Shown: in pieces, positions 1 through 9,821 of the stretch | Layout of the letters: each line of letters starts with the position of its first letter | How positions within the stretch are numbered: position 1 is the first letter of the stretch | Source of the DNA: an uncultured Cellvibrionales bacterium | Lineage (GTDB): Bacteria; Pseudomonadota; Gammaproteobacteria; Pseudomonadales; GM7GCV1 | Direction: 5' to 3' | Assembly (NCBI GenBank): GCA_913063225.1 | Contig: CAJXYP010000006.1 | Span: forward strand, 5,607-69,606 | Length of the DNA: 64,000 nt | Notes under the pieces: model-generated | What the model saw: the letters and a program-made list of their open reading frames with translations, nothing else | Told to the model about the DNA's origin: nothing | Databases searched by the model: none | Translations under genes and position numbers: made by a program

Positions 1-1
1 C

Positions 2-331
2 ACGTCCTATTTTAGCGTTCAGTTTCAAACGGAAAACGCCCTGGGGTTTGGAGAGTACGCCGATGGCTTTGCTCCAGAAAATGTGACCGATCTAGGTGCT
101 GTCAGCATACCCGGCTGTGGCGTGGCAGACGATTTTGACAATGTCTTGGGTGACCCGAACGAATCGATGTTAGCTACCGCATTGGCCTATCGAGAAACTG
201 GTAGCTGCCAGGTAATCTCCAAAACTGCGACAGGTTCCCTTGAAGGTCAGTTAGATCCCCTGTCTACTCCTGCGATAACACCAAAACCAATTTGGTTGCA
301 GAACCGCACTCTGGACATACCCAATGACTAA
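2..331 (+). CDS. 3' end of a CDS entering from the left edge (hypothetical protein)
   Basis: The frame of the listed 83..331 ORF stays open back to nt 2, so the GTG at 83 is probably internal. The stop at 329-331 overlaps the next start (ATGACTAA). Confidence 0.5.
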   Translation, partial: TSYFSVQFQTENALGFGEYADGFAPENVTDLGAVSIPGCGVADDFDNVLGDPNESMLATALAYRETGSCQVISKTATGSLEGQLDPLSTPAITPKPIWLQNRTLDIPND

Positions 332-677
332 GCAAATTTATTTAGGATTACTTGCGATATTACTGGTCAGTGCCTGTAGCGCCTTAAACCCTAGCTTAGA
401 TCGACCGGCAATTATTTCGGATGCAAATGAAATGTCTAACCAGTTGATTACTCATGCCATCGCAAACTTGCTGCACGGCGCTAGGGTCGAGGTCGCGGAA
501 GATGTTTTTACGCAATCTAGCTCGATAGTGGTGCATCGAAGCCTTTTAGCAGGAAGAGATCTCGGGGTGGTGGACAATTTTCGGCTCGTCATCAACAAAA
601 AAGTGCTTTTTAGTCCATCAAAATACCTTGAACAGAGAAGCGATGCCCGATTTAACATGCCAAGAATTGGGCCCTAG
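324..677 (+). CDS. hypothetical lipoprotein
   Basis: N-terminus MTKQIYLGLLAILLVSAC carries a lipobox (LVSAC). The start overlaps the upstream stop, suggesting translational coupling. Confidence 0.55.
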   Translation: MTKQIYLGLLAILLVSACSALNPSLDRPAIISDANEMSNQLITHAIANLLHGARVEVAEDVFTQSSSIVVHRSLLAGRDLGVVDNFRLVINKKVLFSPSKYLEQRSDARFNMPRIGP

Positions 678-686
678 TGATCAGGA

Positions 687-2639
687 CTAGCTAGCCGCTT
701 CCGATTCTTCGGTTAAGAGTAGCCAGTTTTCTTCTAACGACTCCAGATCCTGTTTTGCTGTGGCTTGCCGATGAATAAGCTCCGTCAGTTCATCCTTTCG
801 CTCAGCGTCATAGAGTCCGGAATCCGCAAGCAGAGTTTCTACTTCTTTTAGAGTACGATTAGCTTCTTCAATTTTTTGTTCTACCCTTCGCAACCTATTA
901 CTGCTATTGGATTTTTCCTTGCGTTCGTCTGCAGACCGCTGACGGATTTGCTTCTTGCTTAATCCAGCATTTGCTTTGGATTTTTCGGCCCCAGTCTTAA
1001 CGCTAACCGCAGCGCTAATTTCAGCTTTGGCTGGCGCTGGCTTAGATTTCTTCGAACCCTTGGCGCCGGTATCTTTGGCACTTATCCAACGATGGTAGTC
1101 CTCGAGGGTTCCGTCGAATTCATTCAATTGACCTTCATGAGCCAGAATATATTCATCGACACTGTGTCGCAGTAAATGGCGATCATGGGATACGACTATT
1201 AACGCACCGGTGAATTCTTGAAGTGCCATAGTTAGGGCACTACGCATATCCAAATCCAGATGGTTGGTCGGCTCATCAAGCAAAAGCACGTTCGGTTTTT
1301 CCCAAACAATAAGCGCAAGAGCTAAACGTGCTTTTTCTCCCCCGGAAAAAGGAGCTATAGGCTCGACGGCCTTATCACCATGAAAATCAAATCCACCTAA
1401 GAAGTTACGGATTTGCTGCTCGGTAGCTTTGGGATTGATGCGCTGCAAATGCAGCAGCGCACTGGCTTCAACATCTAATGCCTCGAGCTGGTGCTGGGCA
1501 AAGTAACCAATCTTGCAGTGCTCACCTTGAGTAATTTCTCCACTCAAGGGTTTCAGATCACCGGTCAAACACTTGATAAGGGTAGATTTACCGGCGCCGT
1601 TTACACCCAATAGCCCTAGACGGTCACCGGGGTTTAGGCTAAAAGTAACATCGCTCAATACGCGATTATCCTCGTAGCCCAGTTCAATCCCCCTCAGAGA
1701 CATCAAAGGATTAGACACTTTGTTATTTTCCAAAAACCGAAAGTGGAATGGACTGTCCACTTGGGCACTGGCGATCATTTCCATATTGCCGAGTTGCTTA
1801 ACCCGGCTCTGAGCCTGTTTGGCCTTACTGGCCTTGGCTTTGAAGCGGGTAATAAAACTCTGAATATGTTTTATTTCGCGCTGCTGCTTTGCGTAATTGG
1901 ATTGCTGCAATGCAAGCCGTTCTGCTCGCTGTCGTTCAAAGGCGGAGTAGTTTCCCTTGTATAGATTCAGTTGTTTTTGTTCGATATGCACAATTTCATT
2001 GGCGACGTTATCGATAAAGTCCCGGTCATGCGAGATCAATATCAAGGTGCCTTGATAGCGCTTAAGACGCTGCTCTAGCCAATAGGTGGTATCCATATCC
2101 AAGTGGTTGGTGGGCTCATCAAGCAGCATGATGTCTGATGGCATCATCAGAGCTTGCGCAAGATTCAGTCGAATACGCCAACCACCGGAAAAGGAACTTA
2201 CCGGCTTGGAAATTTCGTCGTTAGTAAAACCCAACCCATGCAGTAGCTCTGCTGCTTGGTACTCGGCGGAATAACCACCGGCTGTGTCAAGCGCTTCGTA
2301 GAGATGACTCAGCGCGTGGTTGTCGTCAGCTGCTTCTGCTGCGCGAATTTCCGACTCCAACCTTCTTAAGACCTTATGCCCGTCCAGCACATAGTCTAAT
2401 GCGGTTCGATCAATGTGCCCAACTTCTTGAGCCATATGCGATATGCGGCTTCCTGGCGGAATACCAACGTCACCGGATTCTGAGGTTATCCTGCCCATCA
2501 GAAGCGCGAACAAACTCGATTTACCGCAGCCATTACGCCCAATAAGTGCCAGTCGACGGCGCTCAAGAATTACCAGAGAGGTGTCGACAAGAAGGTTTTC
2601 GCGGCCCCGTTGAAGGGTTATATTGGTTAAAGTAATCAC
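687..2639 (-). CDS. yheS: ABC-F family ATPase (YheS-like translation factor type)
   Basis: 650 aa with two ABC cassettes (GRNGCGKSS, GVNGAGKST; LSGGW/FSGGEK signatures) and a charged C-terminal coiled coil. Co-linear with E. coli YheS as I remember it. Confidence 0.85.
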   Translation of the reverse strand: MITLTNITLQRGRENLLVDTSLVILERRRLALIGRNGCGKSSLFALLMGRITSESGDVGIPPGSRISHMAQEVGHIDRTALDYVLDGHKVLRRLESEIRAAEAADDNHALSHLYEALDTAGGYSAEYQAAELLHGLGFTNDEISKPVSSFSGGWRIRLNLAQALMMPSDIMLLDEPTNHLDMDTTYWLEQRLKRYQGTLILISHDRDFIDNVANEIVHIEQKQLNLYKGNYSAFERQRAERLALQQSNYAKQQREIKHIQSFITRFKAKASKAKQAQSRVKQLGNMEMIASAQVDSPFHFRFLENNKVSNPLMSLRGIELGYEDNRVLSDVTFSLNPGDRLGLLGVNGAGKSTLIKCLTGDLKPLSGEITQGEHCKIGYFAQHQLEALDVEASALLHLQRINPKATEQQIRNFLGGFDFHGDKAVEPIAPFSGGEKARLALALIVWEKPNVLLLDEPTNHLDLDMRSALTMALQEFTGALIVVSHDRHLLRHSVDEYILAHEGQLNEFDGTLEDYHRWISAKDTGAKGSKKSKPAPAKAEISAAVSVKTGAEKSKANAGLSKKQIRQRSADERKEKSNSSNRLRRVEQKIEEANRTLKEVETLLADSGLYDAERKDELTELIHRQATAKQDLESLEENWLLLTEESEAAS

Positions 2640-2763
2640 GGCGGTTACGGCTAATTAGATTGGCTGGTTATTCAGGGGCGGCATAATACGTTGCTGAGCA
2701 TTAAAATGTTGGGGGAATTTAACAGATAGGCCTTATTAATCTGGCTGTCATATACTCAGTATC

Positions 2764-4184
2764 ATGATTTCACTTCGCAATAAGATCATCTTGTCTCTGA
2801 TTGGCACGAGCTTTCTAGCTATTGCCTTTACAGCGCTGATTGCCCGCATACTTATGGTGAGCGAGTTTGACCACTTGGTTGAGAATCGCGCTGCTGAAGA
2901 GTTTATGCAGGGAGCCCTGGAGTTTTATCAACTTTACGGCTCGTGGGAAACCGCCTTTGCGACGGAACCACTTTTTGAGTTTGCTCAAAGACGAAGACGA
3001 GAAAATCAACTATCCGAGCTTGATACTGCTGATGAAACCGCTCTCCGGTTAACTCCTGATGGCTATATCGCCCCGCAATCTCCGCCGACCTGGGTTGCAG
3101 AAGACTTTCCTGTAGGTGGACCTCCGCCTAACGCACCTCCTTGGGCCAGCCTTCCTGGGCAGCCTTCCTGGGCAGCCTTCCTGGGCAGCCTCCCGGTGGC
3201 CCACCTCCACCGCCCTATGTTTTGGTGGACCTGAACGGCATGGTTCTGGCGCCCTCACTGGAAACGCAATACGGTCAGATAATTCCGCAAGGTAAGTTAA
3301 AGCGAGCCCTACCCATTATGGACGGCAACCAAACCGTGGGATACCTGTTAACCGAGGTAACCATTGCCCTTACTTTAGTGGAAAGCCAGTTCCTCGCAGC
3401 CATCAAAAATTCCTGGTGGCTGGCCTTATTGCTGGTCGCGGTCTTTGCAGTGCCCCTAGGTATTTTGTTGGGCAATAGACTAGCATCACCCATCGAAAAG
3501 CTTAGTAGCGCGATACAAGCAATGAATCCCAGAGCTATTCAGCAAAAAGTGCCTATCATCTCCAAAGACGAATTGGGTCAGCCTTCTCAGCGCTTTAACC
3601 AGATGAGCGAAGAACTTTCATCGGCTTACGATGAACTCGAAAAATCGCGCATGCAGTTGACCGAATACGGTCAGCAAATGAAAGAAATAAGCCTGCAAGA
3701 CCCGCTGACTCTGCTGCCAAATCGCCGAGCCTTCAATGAGAAGGCTCCAGTTATCTTGGCTCAGAACGCTAGACATGGCCGAACCAGCATATTGGGCATA
3801 ATCGATCTTGGTAATTTCAAACGCATCAATGATGAATATTCTCACGCTATTGGTGATGACGTGCTGCGCCGATTAGGGCTGATTATGAAATCTAATCTAC
3901 GCGAAATGGACCTAATAGCCCGCTATGGTGGCGAAGAGTTTGTGGTTTTATTCCCGGAAACCGATTTACATACCAGTGTTGACTTAATTGAACGCCTGCG
4001 TAATCTAATTGCTGATACTGCATGGCAAGATATCGATCCGGATTTGCAGATAACCATGAGCACCGGCCTAGTTGAAGTCGCTCATGGAGAACCTTCGGAG
4101 GAGTCTCTCAAAACAGCCCTCGCCGCTGCGGACCAAAAGTTGTATCAAGCCAAAAATAGCGGACGCAACTGCACTAAAACCTAA
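2764..4184 (+). pseudogene. membrane sensor diguanylate cyclase (TM-periplasmic-TM-HAMP-GGDEF), frame broken by a 13-bp tandem repeat
   Basis: ORF 2764..3234 (TM plus periplasmic N-terminus) and ORF 3141..4184 (TM, HAMP, RYGGEEF active site) lie in different frames. Removing two of the three 13-bp repeat copies fuses them into one ORF reading ...PPWASLPGQPPGGPPPPPYVLVD... Confidence 0.8.
3147..3185. repeat. perfect tandem repeat (CAGCCTTCCTGGG) x3 plus a partial 4th copy to ~3191
   Basis: Copies at 3147-3159, 3160-3172 and 3173-3185 are identical. The unit length of 13 is not a multiple of 3. Confidence 0.95.
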
Positions 4185-4198
4185 TACGGCAGAAACAT

Positions 4199-5155
4199 AT
4201 GCTCTCTGAATTTGTTACCTTGCTGGGATTTTCCTTCGGCGTGACTGGCCCTATCTTTGCGTTGGTTTTTCTCGGTATTATGCTGAAAAAGCTTCGCGTA
4301 GTTGACGACACATTCACCCATAGCGCATCGAAACTGGTGTTTTTGGTGGCCATGCCAACCATGCTGTTTATGAGCATGATCACTACCGATATTCGTTCAC
4401 TTATTGATGCCAGCTATCTGCTCTACGCGCTGACCGGAACCCTAGTTCTGTTTGTACTTTTTTCCCTAGTGACACCATTGATAGTCAAAGAGCGCAGAGA
4501 TCGTGGCGTTTTTATTCAGGGAGCCTTTCGCGGCAATCTAGCCATTGTAGGGCTGGCATTCAGCTTTAATGCCTATGGTGCTCTCGGGCTGGCCAAAGCA
4601 TCTATTCTGATGTCAGTAATGACCATCCTCTACAACCTACTGTCGGTTTATACCCTGACTGCAAGCCTTAGCAATGATCGAGTTAAGATCTCGCAGTTGC
4701 TAATAAACATCGCCAAGAACCCACTAATCATTGCTTTGGTTATTGGTATCCCCTGTAGCTTACTAGCTATACCTTTCCCGACAGTGTTAACCACAGCCGG
4801 CGACTACGTAGCGCGCATGACACTCCCCCTAGCACTTATCTGTATCGGTGCCGCTATGTCTTTGGGAGAGCTGAAGAACTCCAGTTCGGTTTCAGGCATC
4901 GCGGTATTTGCCAAACTGATAGTTGTGCCGATCGCGATGATATATCCGGCCTACTTGTTCGGCTTCGAATCAACAGATCTGGGGGTTCTGTTTTTAATGG
5001 TTAGCGCGCCGACAGCTGCGGCGAGCTACATTATGGTTCAAGGTATGGGCGGCAATGGAAATCTGGCGGCCAATATTGTCGTGATCAGCACACTAGCTTC
5101 GGTAATCACTGTGAGTTTTGGTTTAGCGATCTTGAAGCAACTGGGAATTATTTAA
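4199..5155 (+). CDS. AEC (auxin efflux carrier) family transporter
   Basis: 318 aa with ~10 TM segments. The N- and C-terminal halves are typical of AEC/membrane transport family proteins. Confidence 0.7.
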   Translation: MLSEFVTLLGFSFGVTGPIFALVFLGIMLKKLRVVDDTFTHSASKLVFLVAMPTMLFMSMITTDIRSLIDASYLLYALTGTLVLFVLFSLVTPLIVKERRDRGVFIQGAFRGNLAIVGLAFSFNAYGALGLAKASILMSVMTILYNLLSVYTLTASLSNDRVKISQLLINIAKNPLIIALVIGIPCSLLAIPFPTVLTTAGDYVARMTLPLALICIGAAMSLGELKNSSSVSGIAVFAKLIVVPIAMIYPAYLFGFESTDLGVLFLMVSAPTAAASYIMVQGMGGNGNLAANIVVISTLASVITVSFGLAILKQLGII

Positions 5156-5200
5156 GCTTGCCTTTTATGGGTAGAAAATTTTGGGCGGACCATCCCTAAG

Positions 5201-7018
5201 CTAGCTGTGCTGACGAATCACCTCAAGAAAAATGGCGCCAAACCGCTCTAACTTGGCCTCGCCCACACCATTAATATTTAGCAAAGCGGCTTCCGTAGTC
5301 GGTTGCAGCTCCATCATTTCCATTAAGGCCGCATCGTGAAACACCATATAGGGTGCGATATTGTGTTCATCTGCTAGGGCTTTGCGGCAGGCTCGCAGCG
5401 CGTCCCAAAGAGCATGATCTGAATTTGATACACCGGATTTCTTACGTGCAGGCTTGGTTAATCGCGGCTCTTTAGTATCTTCGCGCAACAACAGCTGTAT
5501 CTGCCCTTTTAATACTTCACGGGATTGCTCCGTTAGGCGCAGGGCACCGTAACGCTCTGCATCGGATATGAGAAAACCGCGCACAATAAGTTGGCGTATG
5601 ACCGAGCGCCATTGCGCTAGAGAAAGTTCTTTCCCTATGCCAAAAGTACTTAGTGCATGGTGGCCGTTTTGCTGAATCTTTTCGCTGTCTTTACCTCGCA
5701 GCAGGTCAATGACATAACCCGCGCCAAAGCGCTGACCCGATCTATAGACACAGGACAGTAATTTTTGGGCTGCCTCAGTGGCATCCCAGGTAACCGGTTT
5801 AACCTGGCAGGTATCGCAGTTACCGCAGGGCTCTGGCATTCGATCACCAAAATAATCCAGCAGGGCCTGACGACGGCAGCTGGTGACTTCGCACCAACCT
5901 AAAAGCGAATCCAGCTTGGCCCGTTCGTTTCTTTTGTGCAGATCGCTGGCGTCAGATTTTTCTAAAAACTGATTACGCTGAACCACATCATTGAGGCCAT
6001 ATACCATCCAGGCCTGTGCAGGATCTCCGTCGCGGCCCGCTCGGCCGGTTTCTTGATAATAGGCCTCCATGCTGCTCGGTAAGTCCATATGGGCAACAAA
6101 GCGCACGTCAGGCTTATCTATGCCCATACCAAACGCGATAGTTGCCACCATGATTACCGCATCTTCGCGCAAAAATCGCGCTTGATTATCCGCACGCTCG
6201 CTGGCGGGAAGCCCAGCGTGGTAGGGCATTGCTTCCAAACCGCGAGTACAGAGCCATTCGGCCGTTGATTCCACTTTCTTGCGCGACAGACAGTAAACAA
6301 TACCGCTGCTTTCTTTGTGAGCCTGCAGGAATCGAATTAGCTGTTTTTTGGCGTCATCTTTAGGCGCAACCGCATAGTGAATATTTGGGCGATCAAAACC
6401 ACTAACAAAAATCTTCGGGTCGGTCAGTTGAAGGTTATGAACAATTTCGACTTTGGTGCGGGAAGTAGCCGTCGCCGTAAGTGCCATTCGTGGCACTCCA
6501 GCAAAGGCATGCTCAAGCTGATTAAGTAGCAGGTAGTCTTTACGGAAATCATGCCCCCACTGAGAAACACAATGCGCTTCATCGATAGCGATTAGGGATA
6601 TTTGAAACTGCTGCAACCATTCTAAAGTGCCCGACTGTAATAATCTTTCCGGAGCAATATAGAGCATATCCATCTCGCCCTTATGCATAGCGGAAGCCAC
6701 TTCGCGCTTTGCGTCCGCAGACAGAGTGGAATTTAGAAAGGCAGCTCTAATTCCCAGCTGTTTTAATGCCGAGACCTGATCTTGCATAAGCGCTATAAGA
6801 GGCGACACCACAAGGCCAATGCCCGGGCGCACCATGGCGGGGATTTGATAGCAGAGAGACTTGCCGCCGCCAGTTGGCATAAGCACCAGGGAATCGCTGC
6901 CAGCGATAGCGGATTCAATTACTTGCTCTTGCTCACCACGGAACTTTTGGTAACCGTAGGTATGTTGCAGAATTTCTTTAGCGGGGGAATTAACCACTTG
7001 GTTCCTTGTGCGTTGCAC
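5201..7018 (-). CDS. recQ: ATP-dependent DNA helicase RecQ
   Basis: 605 aa with YGYQKFRGEQEQVI, PTGGGKSLCYQIPA, DEAH (IDEAHCVSQWGHDFR), a RecQ-C zinc-finger Cys cluster and a C-terminal HRDC-like region. Confidence 0.95.
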   Translation of the reverse strand: MQRTRNQVVNSPAKEILQHTYGYQKFRGEQEQVIESAIAGSDSLVLMPTGGGKSLCYQIPAMVRPGIGLVVSPLIALMQDQVSALKQLGIRAAFLNSTLSADAKREVASAMHKGEMDMLYIAPERLLQSGTLEWLQQFQISLIAIDEAHCVSQWGHDFRKDYLLLNQLEHAFAGVPRMALTATATSRTKVEIVHNLQLTDPKIFVSGFDRPNIHYAVAPKDDAKKQLIRFLQAHKESSGIVYCLSRKKVESTAEWLCTRGLEAMPYHAGLPASERADNQARFLREDAVIMVATIAFGMGIDKPDVRFVAHMDLPSSMEAYYQETGRAGRDGDPAQAWMVYGLNDVVQRNQFLEKSDASDLHKRNERAKLDSLLGWCEVTSCRRQALLDYFGDRMPEPCGNCDTCQVKPVTWDATEAAQKLLSCVYRSGQRFGAGYVIDLLRGKDSEKIQQNGHHALSTFGIGKELSLAQWRSVIRQLIVRGFLISDAERYGALRLTEQSREVLKGQIQLLLREDTKEPRLTKPARKKSGVSNSDHALWDALRACRKALADEHNIAPYMVFHDAALMEMMELQPTTEAALLNINGVGEAKLERFGAIFLEVIRQHS

Positions 7019-7088
7019 TCAAAGTGATATTGAAACTTCCTAAAAACCTATTTAACGGCCTATTACCGTCGCATATAACGTTTTTCAA

Positions 7089-7250
7089 TTAGGCAGCTTT
7101 AATATCACCTTGAGTGCTTTTATTTACCAAATTCGATTTAAATTTGATGTACCCGCGCTTTGCGGCTTTTTTCCGATCTGTATGCACCTGAGCTTTATTA
7201 AAGCTTTTGGCGTGCTTAGCCACCGGGTTTTTGGTTTTTGGAGTTTTCAT
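7089..7250 (-). CDS. small lysine-rich basic protein (53 aa), unknown function
   Basis: Below the ORF-track size cutoff. ATG at 7250 is preceded by GGAGGA 6 nt upstream. Translation: MKTPKTKNPVAKHAKSFNKAQVHTDRKKAAKRGYIKFKSNLVNKSTQGDIKAA. Stop at 7089-7091. Confidence 0.55.
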   Translation of the reverse strand: MKTPKTKNPVAKHAKSFNKAQVHTDRKKAAKRGYIKFKSNLVNKSTQGDIKAA

Positions 7251-7309
7251 AATAGGTCCTCCGACCATAGATTACGGGCGCGCATATTAGACCTATACAG
7301 CTGTTTTCT

Positions 7310-7897
7310 CTAGCTTTTCCCAAAAATTCTAGGAATAAACCTCAGACATTCAACTAGGCACAAACCAGCCAAACATATATACGCGGCTCTGGGATCTATG
7401 GATGTAAGTATCCAATGCGCAAAAGTCAGACCAGCGGCTAGATAGACGGTTCTATGTAGATGCTGCCAGTTTCGCCGAAGCACTCTGACCGACTTATTAT
7501 TGCTGGTAACCGCAAGAATTAAGAAAATAGCAAAGGCTATCCAGCCGACTAACAAATCGGCATTTTTTGCTTCCTCAAGAATATAACCATAGCCCCATTT
7601 CCGCTCCAGATAGACGAAGGTATGGAAGGCGGCATAACCAAAGCTGGTAACGCCAATCGCGCGGCGATGGGTTATCAGCCAACGAGATAGACCGACCCTT
7701 GGAAACAGCTTTCTAAATGGAGTTATCGCCATTACGACAAATAAAAAACCAACACTCCAATTTCCTGTCTCAAGAATTACCTGCCCATAACTTATCGCAT
7801 CAGTGAGAAATCGCACCAGAATATATATTCCTGGAATCGCGAATATTGCCCAAACTATGTATTTACGTGATGTAAAAAGGAATTTTTGTAAAACCAT
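7310..7897 (-). CDS. ferric-reductase-like transmembrane haem-binding protein (MsrQ/YedZ-like)
   Basis: 195 aa with ~6 TM segments and conserved His positions (HRRAIG, AAFH, WQHLHRTVY, AHW) resembling E. coli MsrQ. There is no adjacent msrP. Confidence 0.65.
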   Translation of the reverse strand: MVLQKFLFTSRKYIVWAIFAIPGIYILVRFLTDAISYGQVILETGNWSVGFLFVVMAITPFRKLFPRVGLSRWLITHRRAIGVTSFGYAAFHTFVYLERKWGYGYILEEAKNADLLVGWIAFAIFLILAVTSNNKSVRVLRRNWQHLHRTVYLAAGLTFAHWILTSIDPRAAYICLAGLCLVECLRFIPRIFGKS

Positions 7898-7966
7898 CTA
7901 TTTTTCTCAGTAGCGCGGTGCTATCTTGCCGTTCACACATTTAATAGTCTTTTAGGGAATACAACA

Positions 7967-8569
7967 ATGTCAGTCAAATTAATTTATGGAATTACTCTCG
8001 CATCTATATTGTTGCTAACCACAGCCTGTAGCCAGCAAGAGGAAGCAGCAGAAGCGCAAATACCCGACGCTGCTGAAGCTATGGCTGAAACATTAGCCGA
8101 AGCGGTGCCAGAGCTTAGCCAACAGGAGCGACGCGCAATAGCAAGGGTAGAACGAATGGCTGTGTCAGAAGCCACGGACTTCAATATGAACCCGCTGCTC
8201 GATCCAAATACAGCCACTGAAGAACAGCTAGCGGCAGTTCCGGGATTATCCGACGCGCAAGTACAGGCAATCATCGCTGGTCGTCCATTCGCCACCCCCT
8301 CTGAATTACATGCAGTCATTGGCGAAGGTATGGAATACGTAGATATGTTCGATATCTACAGCGCTGTCTTTGTGAAGGTGAACATTAATCAGGGCGAGAC
8401 AGAGGACTATATGATGATTCCTACTACCCTGACTCCAGAGCACATTGCTCGAGAAGTTGAAGAGTACCGCCCATACGGAGATATCCAGGCTGATTTTAGT
8501 CGTGAGATGATGAAGTATGTCGCGCCAAAAGAAGTGGCCTTTCTAGAGCGTTTTGTTCGAATCGACTAA
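7967..8569 (+). CDS. hypothetical lipoprotein with helix-hairpin-helix-like motif
   Basis: Lipobox LLLTTAC, followed by ATEEQLAAVPGLSDAQVQAIIAGRPF (ComEA-type HhH motif). Confidence 0.6.
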   Translation: MSVKLIYGITLASILLLTTACSQQEEAAEAQIPDAAEAMAETLAEAVPELSQQERRAIARVERMAVSEATDFNMNPLLDPNTATEEQLAAVPGLSDAQVQAIIAGRPFATPSELHAVIGEGMEYVDMFDIYSAVFVKVNINQGETEDYMMIPTTLTPEHIAREVEEYRPYGDIQADFSREMMKYVAPKEVAFLERFVRID

Positions 8570-8593
8570 TATTAGTCAAGAAAGCTAAACCTA

Positions 8594-8624
8594 AAGGGCT
8601 GAGAATTTTCTCAGCCCTTTTTTG
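8594..8624 (+). terminator. Rho-independent terminator downstream of 7967..8569; its stem overlaps the dinB stop codon
   Basis: 11-bp stem AAGGGCTGAGA / TCTCAGCCCTT (8594-8604 / 8609-8619), followed by TTTTTT. Confidence 0.75.
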
Positions 8625-9753
8625 TGGGTTCTATTTGGTGGTTCGGTGCGTCTCCCCACAAATCTCCGGTAATCCCCTCTTTCCTAACAGCGTCTTGCAA
8701 ATCTTTCCGGTTTTTCAGATTCGAAACACTTAGACCCAGCAGCCGGCAAGGTCGTTGCCCCAGTTCAGTTTTCTCTATCAAGGCTGGAATACTCTCGATC
8801 ATCTCCGCCGCGCTTTGAATGTAGTTCTTATGAGAGTGCGCCCGAGTAATTTGGGTAAAGTCGTTGTACTTAACTTTTAGGGTCAGTGTCTTACCCAATA
8901 CCTCCCGCTTTTGTAGAAGCTCAGCAATTTTTTCGGCGATACCTTCCAGCTTTTGTTGGATTTCTTGGAGATCTGCTAGATCGGTACCAAAGGTATTTTC
9001 TTTGCCGATGGATTTACGAATGCGGTTTGATCGAACGGGACGCTCATCTATCCCTCTGGCGATTCGGTAGTAATAGCCGCCGGATTTACCAAAGGTCATA
9101 TTAAGATCGGCTTCGGTCCATTGACGTAAATCACCGCCGGTTTGGATACCATGCTTATGCATTTTCTGCTCGGTGACTTTGCCAACCCCGTTGAACTTAC
9201 GAATAGGCAAGGTGGTAATAAACCCCTCAGCTTGCTCCGGACGTATCACATAGAGCCCATCGGGCTTGTCCATATCCGAGGCGATCTTCGCCAGAAATTT
9301 GTTGTATGACACACCGGCCGAGCAAACAAGATTCATACGCTCCTGCACCTTCTGCTTTATCTCTTTTGCAATAAGCGTGGCTGATCCCTGGCATTGTTCG
9401 CAATCTGACACGTCCAAAAAGGCCTCATCTAAAGATAGGGGTTCTATGAGGTCTGTGTATTCTCTGAAAATTTGGTGCAACTGTTGGGAGCATTCCCGGT
9501 AGGCATCAAATCGTGCTTTTACAAAGATGGCGTTGGGGCAAAGTCTGGCAGCCCGGGATGAGGGCATGGCGGAATGTATTCCAAAGGTTCGAGCTTCATA
9601 GCTGCAAGCTGCAACAACACCCCGGCTATTCGGCTGCCCGCCAACGATTACCGGCTTGCCACGTAATTCCGGGAAATCGCGCTGCTCTACAGATGCGTAG
9701 AATGCATCCATATCCACATGAATAATTTTTCTTTGAGCGGGAGGGCTTTCCAC
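8611..9753 (-). CDS. dinB: DNA polymerase IV
   Basis: 380 aa with KIIHVDMDAFYASVEQ, SLDEAFLDV and a Y-family palm/little-finger layout. GTG start. Confidence 0.93.
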   Translation of the reverse strand: MESPPAQRKIIHVDMDAFYASVEQRDFPELRGKPVIVGGQPNSRGVVAACSYEARTFGIHSAMPSSRAARLCPNAIFVKARFDAYRECSQQLHQIFREYTDLIEPLSLDEAFLDVSDCEQCQGSATLIAKEIKQKVQERMNLVCSAGVSYNKFLAKIASDMDKPDGLYVIRPEQAEGFITTLPIRKFNGVGKVTEQKMHKHGIQTGGDLRQWTEADLNMTFGKSGGYYYRIARGIDERPVRSNRIRKSIGKENTFGTDLADLQEIQQKLEGIAEKIAELLQKREVLGKTLTLKVKYNDFTQITRAHSHKNYIQSAAEMIESIPALIEKTELGQRPCRLLGLSVSNLKNRKDLQDAVRKEGITGDLWGDAPNHQIEPTKKG

Positions 9754-9821
9754 GATGGTTCGTTTTGTTCTTGCTGAGATTTGCCCTATTGAAACACTGG
9801 CAGAGGCAAGCGAAGAAAATG

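Noticed and set aside
2745-2760. LexA-box-like CTGTCATATACTCAG just upstream of the GGDEF gene
   Set aside because: The spacing is CTG-N9-CAG rather than the CTG-N10-CAG (CTGT-N8-ACAG) of gammaproteobacterial SOS boxes. I also found no convincing SOS box upstream of dinB (9754-9821).
7110-7313. 67-aa plus-strand ORF between recQ and the msrQ-like gene
   Set aside because: It has no RBS and an odd composition. It is opposite the better-supported 53-aa minus-strand ORF and overlaps the 3' end of the msrQ-like gene.
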